Shown here piece after piece: positions 11,083-22,335 of a stretch of DNA of 64,000 nucleotides; the first letter of the stretch is position 1; the number at the start of each line of letters is the position of its first letter. The notes under the pieces were generated by a model. That model had not been told where the DNA came from and did no database searches. It saw only the letters and a program-made list of their open reading frames with translations. The position numbers and the translations under genes are program-made. Origin of the DNA: an uncultured Helicobacter sp. (GTDB lineage: Bacteria; Campylobacterota; Campylobacteria; Campylobacterales; Helicobacteraceae); the NCBI GenBank assembly GCA_944323645.1, contig CALUTE010000001.1:138466-202465 (forward strand), written 5' to 3'.

Positions 11083-11574
11083 TTAGAGTAATGTAAGAAT
11101 CTCTTTGGCAAGCCTCTTTGGTGGTATAGCAGCATCAACAATGATATTAGCACTTTGCTCATAATACTTTTGGCGTGAATAAAAAAGCTGACGCGCTTCA
11201 TCGATATTAGAAAAAAGTGGTCGCTTAGCACATTCAGAATCCACCATACGCCTACATATTGTTTCAAAATCAAGAGAAAGAAAAACTACTTGCCCCATCG
11301 GATGTACATCATTATAAATAGGCATTCCTCCACCTGTTGCAATAACACAATTTTGCACGCTTATACTTGCCCATTCTATAAACAATCTCTCCTGCTCTCG
11401 AAATGCCTTTTCACCAAAATATTCAAAATATTCGCTTATACACATTCCAACACGCTGTTCGATCAAACAATCAGAATCAAGCACAAAAGCATCACAAATC
11501 TTAGAAAGCTCGCGAGCAAGTGTTGTTTTGCCACTGCCCATAAATCCAATAAGAACAATGTTATTTTGTATCAT
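11083..11574 (-). CDS. aroK: Shikimate kinase
   Basis: 163 aa. P-loop GFMGSGKTT at the N-terminus, with size typical of AroK. Confidence 0.9.
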   Translation of the reverse strand: MIQNNIVLIGFMGSGKTTLARELSKICDAFVLDSDCLIEQRVGMCISEYFEYFGEKAFREQERLFIEWASISVQNCVIATGGGMPIYNDVHPMGQVVFLSLDFETICRRMVDSECAKRPLFSNIDEARQLFYSRQKYYEQSANIIVDAAIPPKRLAKEILTLL

Positions 11575-12197
11575 TTTACAGAAATTACATAATAATCCCC
11601 ATCTTTTTCAATTTCATAGGGGTATTGTCCATCAAGCGTTAGTACAAAACGATAAAAGTCCTTATGCACACCAACTGCCACCTTTGTAAAGTATTTTACA
11701 CCAAGCTGCACTGTCCCTCCTTCTTGATCACTCTTTTTTTCTATATCAAGTACAATCCTATATGGTGTTGGCAACACAAATGAACGAATCATTGTTGCAT
11801 CAGCATAGAGATAGAACTTATTGCCCTGTGTAAAAAACTCAAAAGGTTTAATAGCAAAATACTTCACATTATCATTAATAATAGCATCTCTTTGAGTAAG
11901 CAAAAGTGGATAGTGCCAATCAATACTTTCATCAATTGGAATGGTTTTGCTTTCTACACTACCATCAATATTTTGATAAGTAATCGTAATACTTTTTAAG
12001 ATTCTGGCGGTGCTTGGAAGCTTAAAATCAAAGTCCTTAAAATAATCCTTTGCATTACCTGATATGAAATTGTCTTCTTGTGGTCGCACCACTGGTTCAA
12101 ATGGATTTTGCCTCGCCTGTACAAATAACACACTTATACAAAATAGCGCCAATAAAGCACCGCATATATAAGCCCACTTAGTACTAAACCTCCTCAT
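11571..12197 (-). CDS. AMIN-domain-like periplasmic protein (hypothetical)
   Basis: 208 aa with a signal sequence. The C-terminal YRIVLDI...FYRFVLTLDG pattern resembles AMIN domains. 4-nt overlaps with both neighbours indicate an operon. Confidence 0.6.
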   Translation of the reverse strand: MRRFSTKWAYICGALLALFCISVLFVQARQNPFEPVVRPQEDNFISGNAKDYFKDFDFKLPSTARILKSITITYQNIDGSVESKTIPIDESIDWHYPLLLTQRDAIINDNVKYFAIKPFEFFTQGNKFYLYADATMIRSFVLPTPYRIVLDIEKKSDQEGGTVQLGVKYFTKVAVGVHKDFYRFVLTLDGQYPYEIEKDGDYYVISVK

Positions 12198-12460
12198 GGT
12201 TCAAGCCCTCGCAACTCAAATAGATCTTTTTGTAGACGCGCATTGCGAGCTTGCAATTCATTCACCTCATCAATCAGCTCATCACGTTGTGTAATGTTTT
12301 TTAGTAGAACATCAAGCGAATTTTCTCCAACAAGCAAAAAACCAACATATATGCCAATGCCAACAAATCCTATAAAACCATATACATAGATTCTATGCGC
12401 ATATACCTTATACCAAAACGTATGACTAGTTAATGCAGCAAAGATTTTGCGCATAGCCAC
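12194..12460 (-). CDS. Septum formation initiator (FtsB/DivIC-like) small membrane protein
   Basis: 88 aa. One TM helix followed by a coiled coil (DELIDEVNELQARNARLQKDLFELRG). Sits downstream of eno as in many bacteria. Confidence 0.65.
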   Translation of the reverse strand: MAMRKIFAALTSHTFWYKVYAHRIYVYGFIGFVGIGIYVGFLLVGENSLDVLLKNITQRDELIDEVNELQARNARLQKDLFELRGLEP

Positions 12461-12469
12461 CTCCCGATC

Positions 12470-13762
12470 CTACAAAAATGTTTTGTCAAATAATGTACGC
12501 CCTAGATATTTTGGATTAGCAATATCTTTTTGTATTGCAAGTAATCGATTATATTTGCTCATACGCTCACTTCGGGCAGTCGAACCTGTTTTGATCTCAC
12601 CAGTATTAAGTGCAACAGCAAAATCCGCAATGAAACTATCTTCGCTTTCACCACTTCGATGACTCATAATGCATTTGTATCCATATCGCTGTGCCAGTCG
12701 CACTGTCTCCATAGTTTCACTCACAGTACCGATTTGATTTGGTTTAATCAAAATTGCATTTGCAATGCCCTGCTTAATGCCCTGTGCTAGAATCTCATAA
12801 TTTGTAACAAACAAATCATCACCTACAAGCTGAATCTTTTTCCCTAATTTTTGGGTAAGAAGCTTCCAGCCTTCCCAATCATCTTCACTCAAACCATCTT
12901 CGATTGAAACAATAGGGTATTTTGCGCATAATGCTTCATAGTACTCCACAAGTCCAGCAGAATCTAAACTTATACCTTCTCCTTTAAGATGATAAACGCC
13001 CTTTTCATCTACAAGCTCACTACTTGCCACATCAAGTGCAATAGCAATTTGATCTCCCGGCTTATAACCAGCCTTTTCAACAGCTCGCAAAATCACCTCT
13101 ATAGGTTCTGCGTTTGTTGTAAGATTTGGCGCAAATCCCCCCTCATCACCAATACTCGTAATATGTCCAGAATCTTTGAGAATCTGTTTGAGATGTTGAT
13201 ACACCTCTGCACTTGCTCGTAAGCCTTCATCAAATGTTTCAAATCCTAAAGGCATAATCATATATTCTTGAAAATCCACCGTGTTATCGGCGTGACTTCC
13301 ACCATTGATAATATTAAGCATCGGCACTGGGAATGTGATAGCATTGCTCCCACCAAGATAACGATAAAGAGGAATGTTTAAGCTTTTGGCTGCGGCACGA
13401 GCCACCGCCATAGACACACCAAGTGTCGCGTTAGCACCTAAATTACTATAATTAGAAGTTCCATCAAGGTCTTTTAAGATTCCATCAATAAGTCCTTGAT
13501 CAAAAGGTGTAGAACCAACTAGCGCATCAGAAATGGTGGTATCGACATTTTCACAAGCTTTTAGTACGCCCTTTCCTAAAAACCGCTTTTTATCACCATC
13601 ACGTAGCTCAACAGCCTCACGCTTGCCAGTGCTAGCACCACTTGGAACAATAGCGCTTGCACACGTACCATCGCTTAAAAAAACGCTTGCCTGCACTGTG
13701 GGGTTACCACGAGAATCAAACACTTCTTGTGCATAGATATTATCAATATAAATCACATTCAT
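12470..13762 (-). CDS. eno: Enolase (phosphopyruvate hydratase)
   Basis: 430 aa. [15 protein letters not shown] at the N-terminus and SHRSGETED-like SHRSGESED near the C-terminus. Confidence 0.98.
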   Translation of the reverse strand: MNVIYIDNIYAQEVFDSRGNPTVQASVFLSDGTCASAIVPSGASTGKREAVELRDGDKKRFLGKGVLKACENVDTTISDALVGSTPFDQGLIDGILKDLDGTSNYSNLGANATLGVSMAVARAAAKSLNIPLYRYLGGSNAITFPVPMLNIINGGSHADNTVDFQEYMIMPLGFETFDEGLRASAEVYQHLKQILKDSGHITSIGDEGGFAPNLTTNAEPIEVILRAVEKAGYKPGDQIAIALDVASSELVDEKGVYHLKGEGISLDSAGLVEYYEALCAKYPIVSIEDGLSEDDWEGWKLLTQKLGKKIQLVGDDLFVTNYEILAQGIKQGIANAILIKPNQIGTVSETMETVRLAQRYGYKCIMSHRSGESEDSFIADFAVALNTGEIKTGSTARSERMSKYNRLLAIQKDIANPKYLGRTLFDKTFL

Positions 13763-13780
13763 CTCCTTAAAAAGTTTATC

Positions 13781-14812
13781 CTACTCTGGCTCATCTGGCA
13801 AAGGTAGGATCTCCTCGCTTGTACCAATTTGCTCCTTGATTTTATTTGTAATTTCTTGAGCTAGCAGCTTGTTTTCTTTGAGTAATAGCTTAGCATTCTC
13901 GCGCCCTTGCCCAAGCTTTTGATCATTGTAGCTAAGCCACGCCCCACTTTTATCGATAATGTCAAGTTTTACACCATAATCGATAATTTCGCCTTCACGG
14001 CTAATTCCCTCTCCAAACATAATATCAAATTCTGCTTCGCGAAAAGGTGGTGCAACTTTGTTCTTAACAACCTTTGCCTTAACGCGATTTCCAATGTGTT
14101 GCTCATTTTGCTTTAAAGATGCAATACGACGAATATCAATCCGTACACTCGCATAAAACTTGAGCGCATTGCCTCCTGTAGTTGTCTCTGGACTTCCATA
14201 ACCCATAGTACCGATTTTCATACGAATTTGGTTGATAAAAATCAATGTTGTATTCATCTTGTGCAGTGCGCCTGTTATCTTACGCAATGCGTGGCTCATA
14301 AGGCGAGCTTGCAAACCAACGTGCTGATCGCCCATATCGCCATCAATTTCCGCCTTTGGTGTCAAAGCAGCTACAGAATCTATTACTACCAAATCCACTG
14401 CGCCACTTCTTGTTAGTGTTTCTAGGATCTCTAAAGCTTGCTCACCATTATCAGGCTGAGAAACAAGAAGATTCTCCGTATCAACTCCAAGTTTTTTTGC
14501 ATAATACACATCAAGTGCGTGTTCTGCATCGATAAATGCTGCTATACCACCATTCTTTTGGCACTCTGCAACAATTTGTAAAGAAAGCGTAGTTTTACCA
14601 CTCGATTCTGGTCCATAGATCTCAATAATTCTCCCCTTTGGAATACCGCCAATCCCAAGCGCCATATCAAGCCCAAGAGAACCAGTCGCAATCGCATCAA
14701 CCTTCTCAACTTGTTTATCTCCCAAACGTACAAGCGCACCTTTGCCAAATGCCTTGTCAATCTGTTTAAGTGCTAATTCTATTGCTTTCTTTTTGTTTTC
14801 ATCAACCGTCAT
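13781..14812 (-). CDS. recA: Recombinase RecA
   Basis: 343 aa. Walker [10 protein letters not shown], plus canonical RecA blocks ([14 protein letters not shown]). Confidence 0.98.
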   Translation of the reverse strand: MTVDENKKKAIELALKQIDKAFGKGALVRLGDKQVEKVDAIATGSLGLDMALGIGGIPKGRIIEIYGPESSGKTTLSLQIVAECQKNGGIAAFIDAEHALDVYYAKKLGVDTENLLVSQPDNGEQALEILETLTRSGAVDLVVIDSVAALTPKAEIDGDMGDQHVGLQARLMSHALRKITGALHKMNTTLIFINQIRMKIGTMGYGSPETTTGGNALKFYASVRIDIRRIASLKQNEQHIGNRVKAKVVKNKVAPPFREAEFDIMFGEGISREGEIIDYGVKLDIIDKSGAWLSYNDQKLGQGRENAKLLLKENKLLAQEITNKIKEQIGTSEEILPLPDEPE

Positions 14813-14907
14813 TTGTATCCTTAAATTTTTTGTAAAGATTATACGTAGCTGCGGAGATTATAGCTAATTTTTATCAAAACTCGCTTAATACTAGGCTAAC
14901 TAGGGTT

Positions 14908-15441
14908 CTATTCCTTAAAATGAATTGGTCTTGAAGCACCCATAATATCAATATGACAATATCCATGCGGATTTTTGTCAAGATATTTTTGATGATAAGA
15001 TTCTGCAGGATAAAAATTTTGTAATAAACACACTTCTGTACAAATATCTGCCACATATTTTGGAGCAATATAGCGCATAATAAAGTCTCTAGCATTATCT
15101 AATACAGCATTCTCCTGTGCATAAATACCACTACGATATTGTGTGCCTTCATCATTGCCCTGTTTATTTAACAACGTAGGATCAACAATACTAAAAAAAC
15201 GTGCGAAAATCTCAGGTAGTGTCAAAATCTCTGCATTAAAAACCAATCTAAGCGCTTCAGCAGCGTTAGTATATCCTGAGCATACAAGCTCGTAACTAGG
15301 GTTTGGTACAATAGAGTTGGCATAGCCTACTTCAGATTCTACCACGCCTTGTACTCGATCAAAATACGCTTGCACACCCCAAAAACAACCACCAGCAAGA
15401 TAAATAATGTTTATATTTTGCAAAGCGGAATCTAGAGCCAT
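14908..15441 (-). CDS. msrA: Peptide-methionine (S)-S-oxide reductase MsrA
   Basis: 177 aa with the GGCFWG active-site motif. Overlaps the thrC stop by 10 nt. Confidence 0.93.
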   Translation of the reverse strand: MALDSALQNINIIYLAGGCFWGVQAYFDRVQGVVESEVGYANSIVPNPSYELVCSGYTNAAEALRLVFNAEILTLPEIFARFFSIVDPTLLNKQGNDEGTQYRSGIYAQENAVLDNARDFIMRYIAPKYVADICTEVCLLQNFYPAESYHQKYLDKNPHGYCHIDIMGASRPIHFKE

Positions 15442-16874
15442 TGGGCAATCACTTCTGGCAAGGCACTTGGCGCAAAAACTTGGTTGTGCAAGATAGGTTG
15501 ATAGGAAAGCTCTTGGATATGTTTGCCAATGCTTGCACCATTTGCTAACATTATCTCTATCGCTTCAAAATCATCACATATTTTGCCAAAAATTGCGTTC
15601 ACAACACTTGGTGCAAACTTGCTCCATTCTGCGGTTGAACAAATAAGTGCTGTACTACTTTGACAACATTGCAAATATGCGCCATAGGCAAGCGCAGTGT
15701 GTGGATCGATAATATATCCCTTGTCATAGGCTGCTTTTATATATTGCTTAGTTTGTATATCATCTCCCCACCACGCACCAAAATAATCCTGCAAACACAT
15801 AAGCTCATTAGAATCCAACACATAGCGACCGCTTACATCAAGTCTATATAACAATTCTTTTGTTCGCTTATCACCAAAAAGTGCAAACAAAACGCGCTCG
15901 ACATTGGAGCTCTTGAGAATATCCATAGCAGGTGCTAGAGTCTTTGCAAGAGTCTTGGTTGTAATGTCATAAACACCTGTTTGGATAAATTCTGTAAGAA
16001 TATTATTTTGATTGCTTGCAACAATAATCTTCTTTAATGGTAAACCCATAAGTTTTGCAAAAAATGCACCAAGAGCATTGCCAAAATTGCCACTTGGAAC
16101 AACAGCATACACCTCTTCACCCCATACGATATGCTTTTGTTGCACAAGAGTGCAATATCCCCAAATGTAATAAACAATCTGAAATGCTATCCGTCCAAAA
16201 TTCACAGAGTTTGCTGCAGAAAGCGCATAACCTTTAGATTCTAGTGTATTATTAAAATCTTTATCAACCAACAATGCCTTGAGCAAACTTTGTGCATCAT
16301 CAAAATTGCCTTCAATCCCAAATACCTTGAGATTTTTTGCACTAGCAGTCATCATTTGCAAAGCTTGCACTTGGCTTGTGCCACCCTTCGGATAGAGACA
16401 AACAACCTTTATATTTTGTTTATTGGCAAAACTCCGTAGGGTAGCAGGACCTGTATCACCACTTGTTGCAGTAAGAATAAGATATTGTTGGTTGTTCTTG
16501 CGTGCAAATGTGCTAAAAATTTCACCAAAAGGGCAAAGCGCCATATCTTTGAATGCTCGCGTTGGTCCGTGATAAAGCTCAAGAAAAAATGCCCTATCAA
16601 GTCTATGCAGTGGTGCTGGATTAGCAGGAGTATCAAAACTCTGATAACTCTGCAAAGCTTTTTGTAGAATCTCATCACTAATCCCTAAGTCAAGCATATT
16701 AAACAGACGCTGACACTGCTCACCATAGTCTAAACCTAAAAACTGCTCAAAATCTATATGAGGCAATGTGCGTAAAGTATAGAGTCCATTTTCAGAAGCT
16801 GTCGGCGAGAGGATAGCATTTGCAAAATCCACAGGAGAGGCAGCAGCATTGCGTGTCGAAATAAAAACATTCAT
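15432..16874 (-). CDS. thrC: Threonine synthase
   Basis: 480 aa, long-form ThrC. PLP-lysine context (PTRAFKDMAL) and overall block order. Confidence 0.9.
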   Translation of the reverse strand: MNVFISTRNAAASPVDFANAILSPTASENGLYTLRTLPHIDFEQFLGLDYGEQCQRLFNMLDLGISDEILQKALQSYQSFDTPANPAPLHRLDRAFFLELYHGPTRAFKDMALCPFGEIFSTFARKNNQQYLILTATSGDTGPATLRSFANKQNIKVVCLYPKGGTSQVQALQMMTASAKNLKVFGIEGNFDDAQSLLKALLVDKDFNNTLESKGYALSAANSVNFGRIAFQIVYYIWGYCTLVQQKHIVWGEEVYAVVPSGNFGNALGAFFAKLMGLPLKKIIVASNQNNILTEFIQTGVYDITTKTLAKTLAPAMDILKSSNVERVLFALFGDKRTKELLYRLDVSGRYVLDSNELMCLQDYFGAWWGDDIQTKQYIKAAYDKGYIIDPHTALAYGAYLQCCQSSTALICSTAEWSKFAPSVVNAIFGKICDDFEAIEIMLANGASIGKHIQELSYQPILHNQVFAPSALPEVIAQWL

Positions 16875-17008
16875 AATTATCCTTGCAAAGAACCTGTATC
16901 ACATTATTTTAACAAATATTATAAATTTTAGGTGTATATTTCACAATTTAAATACAATAACGTGCTACCATTTAGATTGCAACTAGAATCTTGAAAAAAG
17001 GTATCAGT

Positions 17009-17227
17009 ATGACATTTGGCTATAAACTTGTTATGTTTGGATTCCCGGCTTTGTGTGAAGATCTTGATGAGGTGTATATGCGCATACGACAAATCCCAAC
17101 CCAACGCGCCCAAGCCGAAACCCTTGAGCAATGTTATCTTATCGATCTTACAAGCGGCGAAAAATATCAAATCACCTGTGATGAAAAAGAATTTTTTATA
17201 CAGGGTATAGAAAAACCTAATAGTTAA
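17009..17227 (+). CDS. Small hypothetical protein (72 aa)
   Basis: ATG at 17009 follows aaaagg. Composition is non-repetitive (MTFGYKLVMFGFPALCEDLDEVYMRIRQ...). Convergent with the HTH gene, overlapping it by 11 nt. No recognisable family. Confidence 0.3.
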   Translation: MTFGYKLVMFGFPALCEDLDEVYMRIRQIPTQRAQAETLEQCYLIDLTSGEKYQITCDEKEFFIQGIEKPNS

Positions 17228-18173
17228 ATGAAGTTTGCGTGCGATATTCTGCGGAAATAGCACACGCAAAAAAAGGTGCAAGTGCTGTATTTGTGCGTAT
17301 ATAATGGTAAAAATCATAGAGAGTTTGGTTGTTTTTTAGGCATTTTTGCAAAGATCTTAGGATTGCTAAAGATTCCTTTGTTGCAATATGTTTTGGTGCA
17401 TTTGATGGAGTAGTAAAATGCTTGTGGATTCTGCTCACAAGCTGCTTGTTGCAAACCTCCAAAATAAGCGATTCTATCGGCATTTTGAAAAACATCAAAT
17501 TGTTTATGGGATTTATCGAAGCATAGGTTGTGTCTATGCCTAACACATCGTTGTTTTGTGCATCAAAAAGATAGAGACTTTTATTGTAATTATCCTCAAA
17601 AGTCTCTATCATCAGTGCTAAAACATCTTTTTTTTGGGTTTGTGTGTAAAAATTGCCAATTGGAGAAAATGCAAAATGCAGCAAAGATTCTATACTATAC
17701 CACTCAACACTTTCAAAACTAGCATCTAGAATCCTATTGCAACGTTCTTGGCGTAAGTTTTTTGCCCTCTGCGAATTACCAAACTTATAGGGAAATGCTA
17801 TGATTTTATCGCGGTAAGCAGGACCTGGGAAACGTGGGTGAATAACAAAACGCCTCTCGTATTCTTTCTCTAAAATGTACTCCAAGCCTCCTTCATAGCC
17901 TCTATCAATGATAGCTATTTCACTTTTAGGAACATAAGTTAGCAACGTAAAAAATTCGTCCTTATCGCATTGCGTATCCCAGATTCTCTCTGGATATCGA
18001 AAAAACCTTGCCACAGAATCTAGTACTTCCTTTGGCGGATCTTTTGTTACACTTTTGTTGATCCATGATGTTAGTGTGCGCCTATCTTTGCCAATAATAT
18101 TTGCAAAGCGTGAAACACTCATTCCTGAACGTTCATAAATAGTTATTAGCTTTTCTAAAATACTAAGCTTCAT
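17217..18173 (-). CDS. HTH-domain protein of unknown family; candidate regulator of the divergent prp cluster
   Basis: 318 aa. N-terminal XRE/Cro-like helix-turn-helix (GMSVSRFANIIGKDRRTLTSWINK). The roughly 250-aa C-terminal domain has no motif I recognise. Divergently transcribed from the gene at 18449. Confidence 0.7.
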   Translation of the reverse strand: MKLSILEKLITIYERSGMSVSRFANIIGKDRRTLTSWINKSVTKDPPKEVLDSVARFFRYPERIWDTQCDKDEFFTLLTYVPKSEIAIIDRGYEGGLEYILEKEYERRFVIHPRFPGPAYRDKIIAFPYKFGNSQRAKNLRQERCNRILDASFESVEWYSIESLLHFAFSPIGNFYTQTQKKDVLALMIETFEDNYNKSLYLFDAQNNDVLGIDTTYASINPINNLMFFKMPIESLILEVCNKQLVSRIHKHFTTPSNAPKHIATKESLAILRSLQKCLKNNQTLYDFYHYIRTNTALAPFFACAISAEYRTQTSFNY

Positions 18174-18267
18174 ATCATCTCCTCATTAAGGTGCCATTGC
18201 ATCAAACAAAGCATATTCTAAAATCTTTAACTTTTACAACTAAGATTCCTTAAAATGAGCATATAGC

Positions 18268-18311
18268 AGTATTTTTGTATAAAAAATGCACAATTTTTAT
18301 ACAAAAATACT
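18268..18311. promoter_or_regulatory. Perfect 18-bp inverted repeat (8-nt spacer) in a divergent promoter region; candidate operator
   Basis: AGTATTTTTGTATAAAAA (18268-18285) and TTTTTATACAAAAATACT (18294-18311) are exact reverse complements. Located between the HTH gene start (18173) and the CoA-transferase start (18449). Confidence 0.5.
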
Positions 18312-18448
18312 ATTTACTACACAAAAACTGCATAAACGTCAGCAAAAATCGTGCAAATCAAAACATAAGAATCAATGTAGAATAAACAGGCTTACAGAAA
18401 AAGCAGAATCTAAATACTGCGACAAAGCGTAATAAAGGAGACTTATAA

Positions 18449-19792
18449 ATGAATATACAAGAGTTGTACAAACAAAAACTAACGAGTGCCAAAGAAGCCG
18501 TACAAGTTATTAAATCAGGTGATTGGGTGGATTATGGCTGGGCTGTTACAACACCCATAGCACTTGATAAGGCTTTGAGTGAGCGCGCTAATGAGCTAGA
18601 AGATGTCAAACTTCGTGGTGGGATTTTAGTGCAAATGCCAGAAGTGTTCAAAGTTGATCCAAAAGGCGAACACTTTTTATGGAATACGTGGCATGCAAGT
18701 GGTATTGGAAGAAAGCTTATCGATCAGGGGGTTGGATTTTATATCCCTATGCGCTACTCCGAATTACCCCGCTACTATGAAGAAACCGCTGCCACACCTG
18801 ATGTAGCAATGTTGCAAGTTGCACCTATGGATAAGCATGGATATTTCAATTTTGGACCAAGCGCTTCGCATTTAGCTGCCTGCATAAAACAAGCAAAAAA
18901 GGTTATTGTAGAAGTAAATACGAATATACCAAGATGTCTTGGAGGCTTTGGGACAGAAGTTCATATCTCCCAAGTTGATATGATTGTAGAAGGAGAGAAC
19001 CCACCCCTTATCGAAATCCAAAAGCCACCAATTACCCAAGCAGATAGTATGATAGCGCAGTTTGTTGTTGAAGAAATTCGCAACGGCTCTTGCATACAAC
19101 TAGGTATAGGCGGTATGCCCAATGTCATAGGATCTTTTATCGCCAAATCCGATTTAAAAGACCTAGGCGTACACACCGAAATGTATGCAGATGCATTTGT
19201 AGAAATGAGCCTTGCTGGCAAAATCAATGGCAAACGGAAAAACATCGACACAGGCAGGCAAACCTATTCCTTTGCAATGGGAAGCAAAAAGCTATATGAG
19301 TTTTTAGATGATAATCCAGAATGTATGAGTGCCCCTGTTAGTTATACCAACGATGTGCGCACAATCGCCTCGCTTGATAATTTTATATCGATTAATAATG
19401 CCGTAGATATTGATCTCTTTGGGCAGGTCAATTCAGAATCTGCCGGAACAAGACACATAAGCGGAACAGGCGGGCAGCTTGATTTTGTGCTTGGTGCATA
19501 TTTGGCAAAAAACGGCAAGAGTTTTATATGCTGCTCTTCGACTATGCAAGCAAAAGATGGCTCACTAAAATCTAGGATTCTGCCGACTCTGCAAGAAGGT
19601 AGTATAGTAACTGCTACAAGAGCTAGCGTACAATATCTTGTTACAGAATATGGTAAGGTTCATCTCAAAGGACTTTCCACTTGGGAAAAATGCGAGGCAA
19701 TCATCTCAATCGCCCATCCAGATTTTAGAGAAAATCTCATTCAAAAAGCCCAAGAGATGAAAATCTGGAGACAAAGCAACAAAATCCGCTAA
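18449..19792 (+). CDS. Acetyl-CoA hydrolase/transferase family CoA-transferase (butyryl-CoA:acetate CoA-transferase-like); probable propionate CoA-transferase
   Basis: 447 aa. The N-terminus ([30 protein letters not shown]...VKLRGG...RYSELPRYY) closely matches my recollection of the butyryl-CoA:acetate CoA-transferase family. RBS aaaggag. First gene of the prp cluster. Confidence 0.8.
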   Translation: MNIQELYKQKLTSAKEAVQVIKSGDWVDYGWAVTTPIALDKALSERANELEDVKLRGGILVQMPEVFKVDPKGEHFLWNTWHASGIGRKLIDQGVGFYIPMRYSELPRYYEETAATPDVAMLQVAPMDKHGYFNFGPSASHLAACIKQAKKVIVEVNTNIPRCLGGFGTEVHISQVDMIVEGENPPLIEIQKPPITQADSMIAQFVVEEIRNGSCIQLGIGGMPNVIGSFIAKSDLKDLGVHTEMYADAFVEMSLAGKINGKRKNIDTGRQTYSFAMGSKKLYEFLDDNPECMSAPVSYTNDVRTIASLDNFISINNAVDIDLFGQVNSESAGTRHISGTGGQLDFVLGAYLAKNGKSFICCSSTMQAKDGSLKSRILPTLQEGSIVTATRASVQYLVTEYGKVHLKGLSTWEKCEAIISIAHPDFRENLIQKAQEMKIWRQSNKIR

Positions 19793-20049
19793 TGTTTAAA
19801 AGTGGCTTTTAGCGCGTAAAAGTGGTAGCACAATACCAAATATATCTATGGTATATTATAAAAGCTTTTCTAAAAGTAACATCACCTTAGTTACCATAAT
19901 ATAAAGAGTTTTACATTGTTAATGTAAAAGTTTTATACTAAGAATAAGGAGAAAATTCATACAAAGAATAAAAAATATCTTTGTATTTTTCTTTGGTAAT
20001 AAAAAGCTGGTACAGAACAATAACTGACCACTATAATTAAGGAGTAAAA

Positions 20050-20916
20050 ATGAGTGCTGGAAAAAAATTCAGAGAAGCAGTCAAAAACAATCACCCCCTG
20101 CAGATTCTGGGCGTGATCAATGCCTATTCTGCCATACAAGCACAAAAAAGCGGTGCCAAGGCATTATACCTAAGTGGTGGGGCATTGGCTGCTATGAGCT
20201 TGGGTGTGCCAGATCTTGGCATTAGCTCACTCGAAGATGTCTGCATTGATGTACGCAGAATTACCAATGTGAGTGATTTGCCACTACTTGTGGATGCTGA
20301 TACGGGCTGGGGCGGAGCGTTTAATATCGCACGCACCATCAAAGACCTCACGCGTTCGGGTGCTGCAGGCTGCCATATAGAAGACCAAGTCGCCCAAAAG
20401 CGTTGCGGACACCGCCCAAACAAAGAGCTTGTAAGCAAAGATGAAATGTGCGATAGGATTAAAGCCGCCATTGATGGCAAGATAGATTCTGAATTTGTCG
20501 TAATGGCACGCACTGATGCACACGCAAGTGAAGGGCAACAAGCAGCGATTGAAAGAGCGTTAGCCTATGTGGAAGCAGGGGCAGATATGATCTTTGCTGA
20601 GGCAATCCATACACTTGAGGAGTATAAGCAATTCACAGATGTGATCAAAGTCCCTGTGTTAGCAAATATCACAGAATTTGGTAAGACACCATATTTCACA
20701 ACAGATGAGCTAAAAAGTGTGGGAATCTCTATGGTGCTCTACCCTCTAAGTGCTGCACGCGCGATGAATAAAGCCGCGCTTGAAGTCTTTAACGACATTC
20801 TCAAAAACGGCTCACAAAAAGCAAGTATCGAAAAAATGCAAACACGCGAAGAGTTGTATGAAATGCTAGGCTATCACGCCTATGAGCAAAAACTCGATGC
20901 GTTGTTTAAAAAATAA
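20050..20916 (+). CDS. prpB: 2-Methylisocitrate lyase
   Basis: 288 aa. PEP mutase/ICL superfamily motifs ([23 protein letters not shown]). RBS aaggag. Confidence 0.93.
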   Translation: MSAGKKFREAVKNNHPLQILGVINAYSAIQAQKSGAKALYLSGGALAAMSLGVPDLGISSLEDVCIDVRRITNVSDLPLLVDADTGWGGAFNIARTIKDLTRSGAAGCHIEDQVAQKRCGHRPNKELVSKDEMCDRIKAAIDGKIDSEFVVMARTDAHASEGQQAAIERALAYVEAGADMIFAEAIHTLEEYKQFTDVIKVPVLANITEFGKTPYFTTDELKSVGISMVLYPLSAARAMNKAALEVFNDILKNGSQKASIEKMQTREELYEMLGYHAYEQKLDALFKK

Positions 20917-20938
20917 TCTTAAACACAAAGGAGAAACT

Positions 20939-22084
20939 ATGGGAGAAGCGGCAAAAGGAAAAGTTGGAGGACTAGCAGGTGTTATCGCTGGAAAATCTGC
21001 GATCTGCACCGTTGGCACAGGACATGGGCTAAATTATCGTGGCTATGATATTTATGATCTAGCAAAACACGCGGAGTTTGAGGAGGTAGCCTATTTGCTA
21101 CTAAAGGGCACATTGCCCACCAAAGCGGAGTTGGCGGATTTTAAAGCCGAGCTTATCAAAGCGCGCGCACTGCCCAAAGAAATGCGCGAAGCACTCAAGC
21201 TTTTGCCTAAAGACGCGCATCCAATGGATGTGATGAGGACGGGCTGCTCGATTTTGGGCTGCCTGGAGCAAGAGCACTTGAGCGTAGCAAAAATGAGCTT
21301 CCCAGATCAGCTCAAAATCGGTATTCGTTTGCTTGGGATATTCCCCTCCATTCTACTATTTTGGCATCATTGGCACAAAAGCGGCACAGAGATGGATACA
21401 GAATCTAAGCAAGATTCTATCGGTGGGTATTTCCTAGAAAAACTCCACAACAAAGAGCCAAAAGATCTGTGGGTGCGTGCCATGCATGTGAGCCTTATCC
21501 TCTATGCTGAGCATGAGTTCAACGCCTCGACCTTCACTTCACGCGTGGTGAGTGCGACTCTCTCTGATGTATATTCAGCGATCACTGCAGCGATTGGAGC
21601 GTTGCGAGGACCATTGCATGGTGGAGCAAACGAAGCAGCTATGGAGCTTTTAGAGGAATTCAAAAGCGTGGAGGAAGCCACAAAAGGCATTTATGAAAAG
21701 CTTGCTAATAAAGCTAAGATTATGGGATTTGGGCATCGTGTGTATGTCAAGGCAGATCCACGCAATGTTGTCATCAAAGAGTGGAGCAAAAAACTTGGCG
21801 ATGATGTAGGCGATACGAAATTGCTTTATCCTATTAGTGAGGCGATTGAAAAAATTATGTGGGACGAGAAAAAACTCTTCCCAAATCTTGACTTTTATAG
21901 TGCATCAGCGTATCACTTTATGGGGATTCCGACCTCGTATTTCACGCCGATTTTCATTATGAGTCGCACCAGTGGCTGGCTCGCACATATCTATGAACAA
22001 CGCGCTGATAACAAGCTCATACGCCCAAGCTCAGAATACACAGGACCAGAAAATAAGGCGTATGTGAAAATCGAGGATCGCTAG
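20939..22084 (+). CDS. prpC: 2-Methylcitrate synthase
   Basis: Citrate synthase family (GLNYRGYDIYDLA, GPLHGGANE, GFGHRVY). ATG 20939 preceded by aaaggagaa. The track ORF start at 20882 overlaps prpB and was rejected. Confidence 0.92.
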   Translation: MGEAAKGKVGGLAGVIAGKSAICTVGTGHGLNYRGYDIYDLAKHAEFEEVAYLLLKGTLPTKAELADFKAELIKARALPKEMREALKLLPKDAHPMDVMRTGCSILGCLEQEHLSVAKMSFPDQLKIGIRLLGIFPSILLFWHHWHKSGTEMDTESKQDSIGGYFLEKLHNKEPKDLWVRAMHVSLILYAEHEFNASTFTSRVVSATLSDVYSAITAAIGALRGPLHGGANEAAMELLEEFKSVEEATKGIYEKLANKAKIMGFGHRVYVKADPRNVVIKEWSKKLGDDVGDTKLLYPISEAIEKIMWDEKKLFPNLDFYSASAYHFMGIPTSYFTPIFIMSRTSGWLAHIYEQRADNKLIRPSSEYTGPENKAYVKIEDR

Positions 22085-22335
22085 ACTCTAAAGTATGGGC
22101 ATTTGGGGTTTTGAGCGAGAATGCCAATACAGAATCTAAATTCTATAGTTAGGCGATGCTTGCCCATAAGGGCTGACACGAAATTCTAGGATTGTGCGCA
22201 AGATTTGGATATTTTTAAGCGGCGGCGCAGGGAGCATACTAGAGCGTATGTGACCAAGCCGCCGCGCCAACAATATTCAAATATTGTGTGCAAGCCGAAT
22301 TTACCTTAAATTCATTACATCACAAGGAGAACACA

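Noticed and set aside
16928-17317. 129-aa minus-strand ORF between thrC and the HTH gene
   Set aside because: It overlaps the 3' end of the HTH gene in another frame, has a Phe/Ile/Leu-rich AT-driven composition, and has no RBS. The + strand 72-aa ORF there is kept only at low confidence.
20882-20938. Upstream extension of prpC (track start 20882) overlapping prpB, and the similar extension of prpD (22288)
   Set aside because: The extensions have no homology-like content. The internal ATGs at 20939 and 22336 are preceded by strong aaggag-type RBS and give canonical N-termini.
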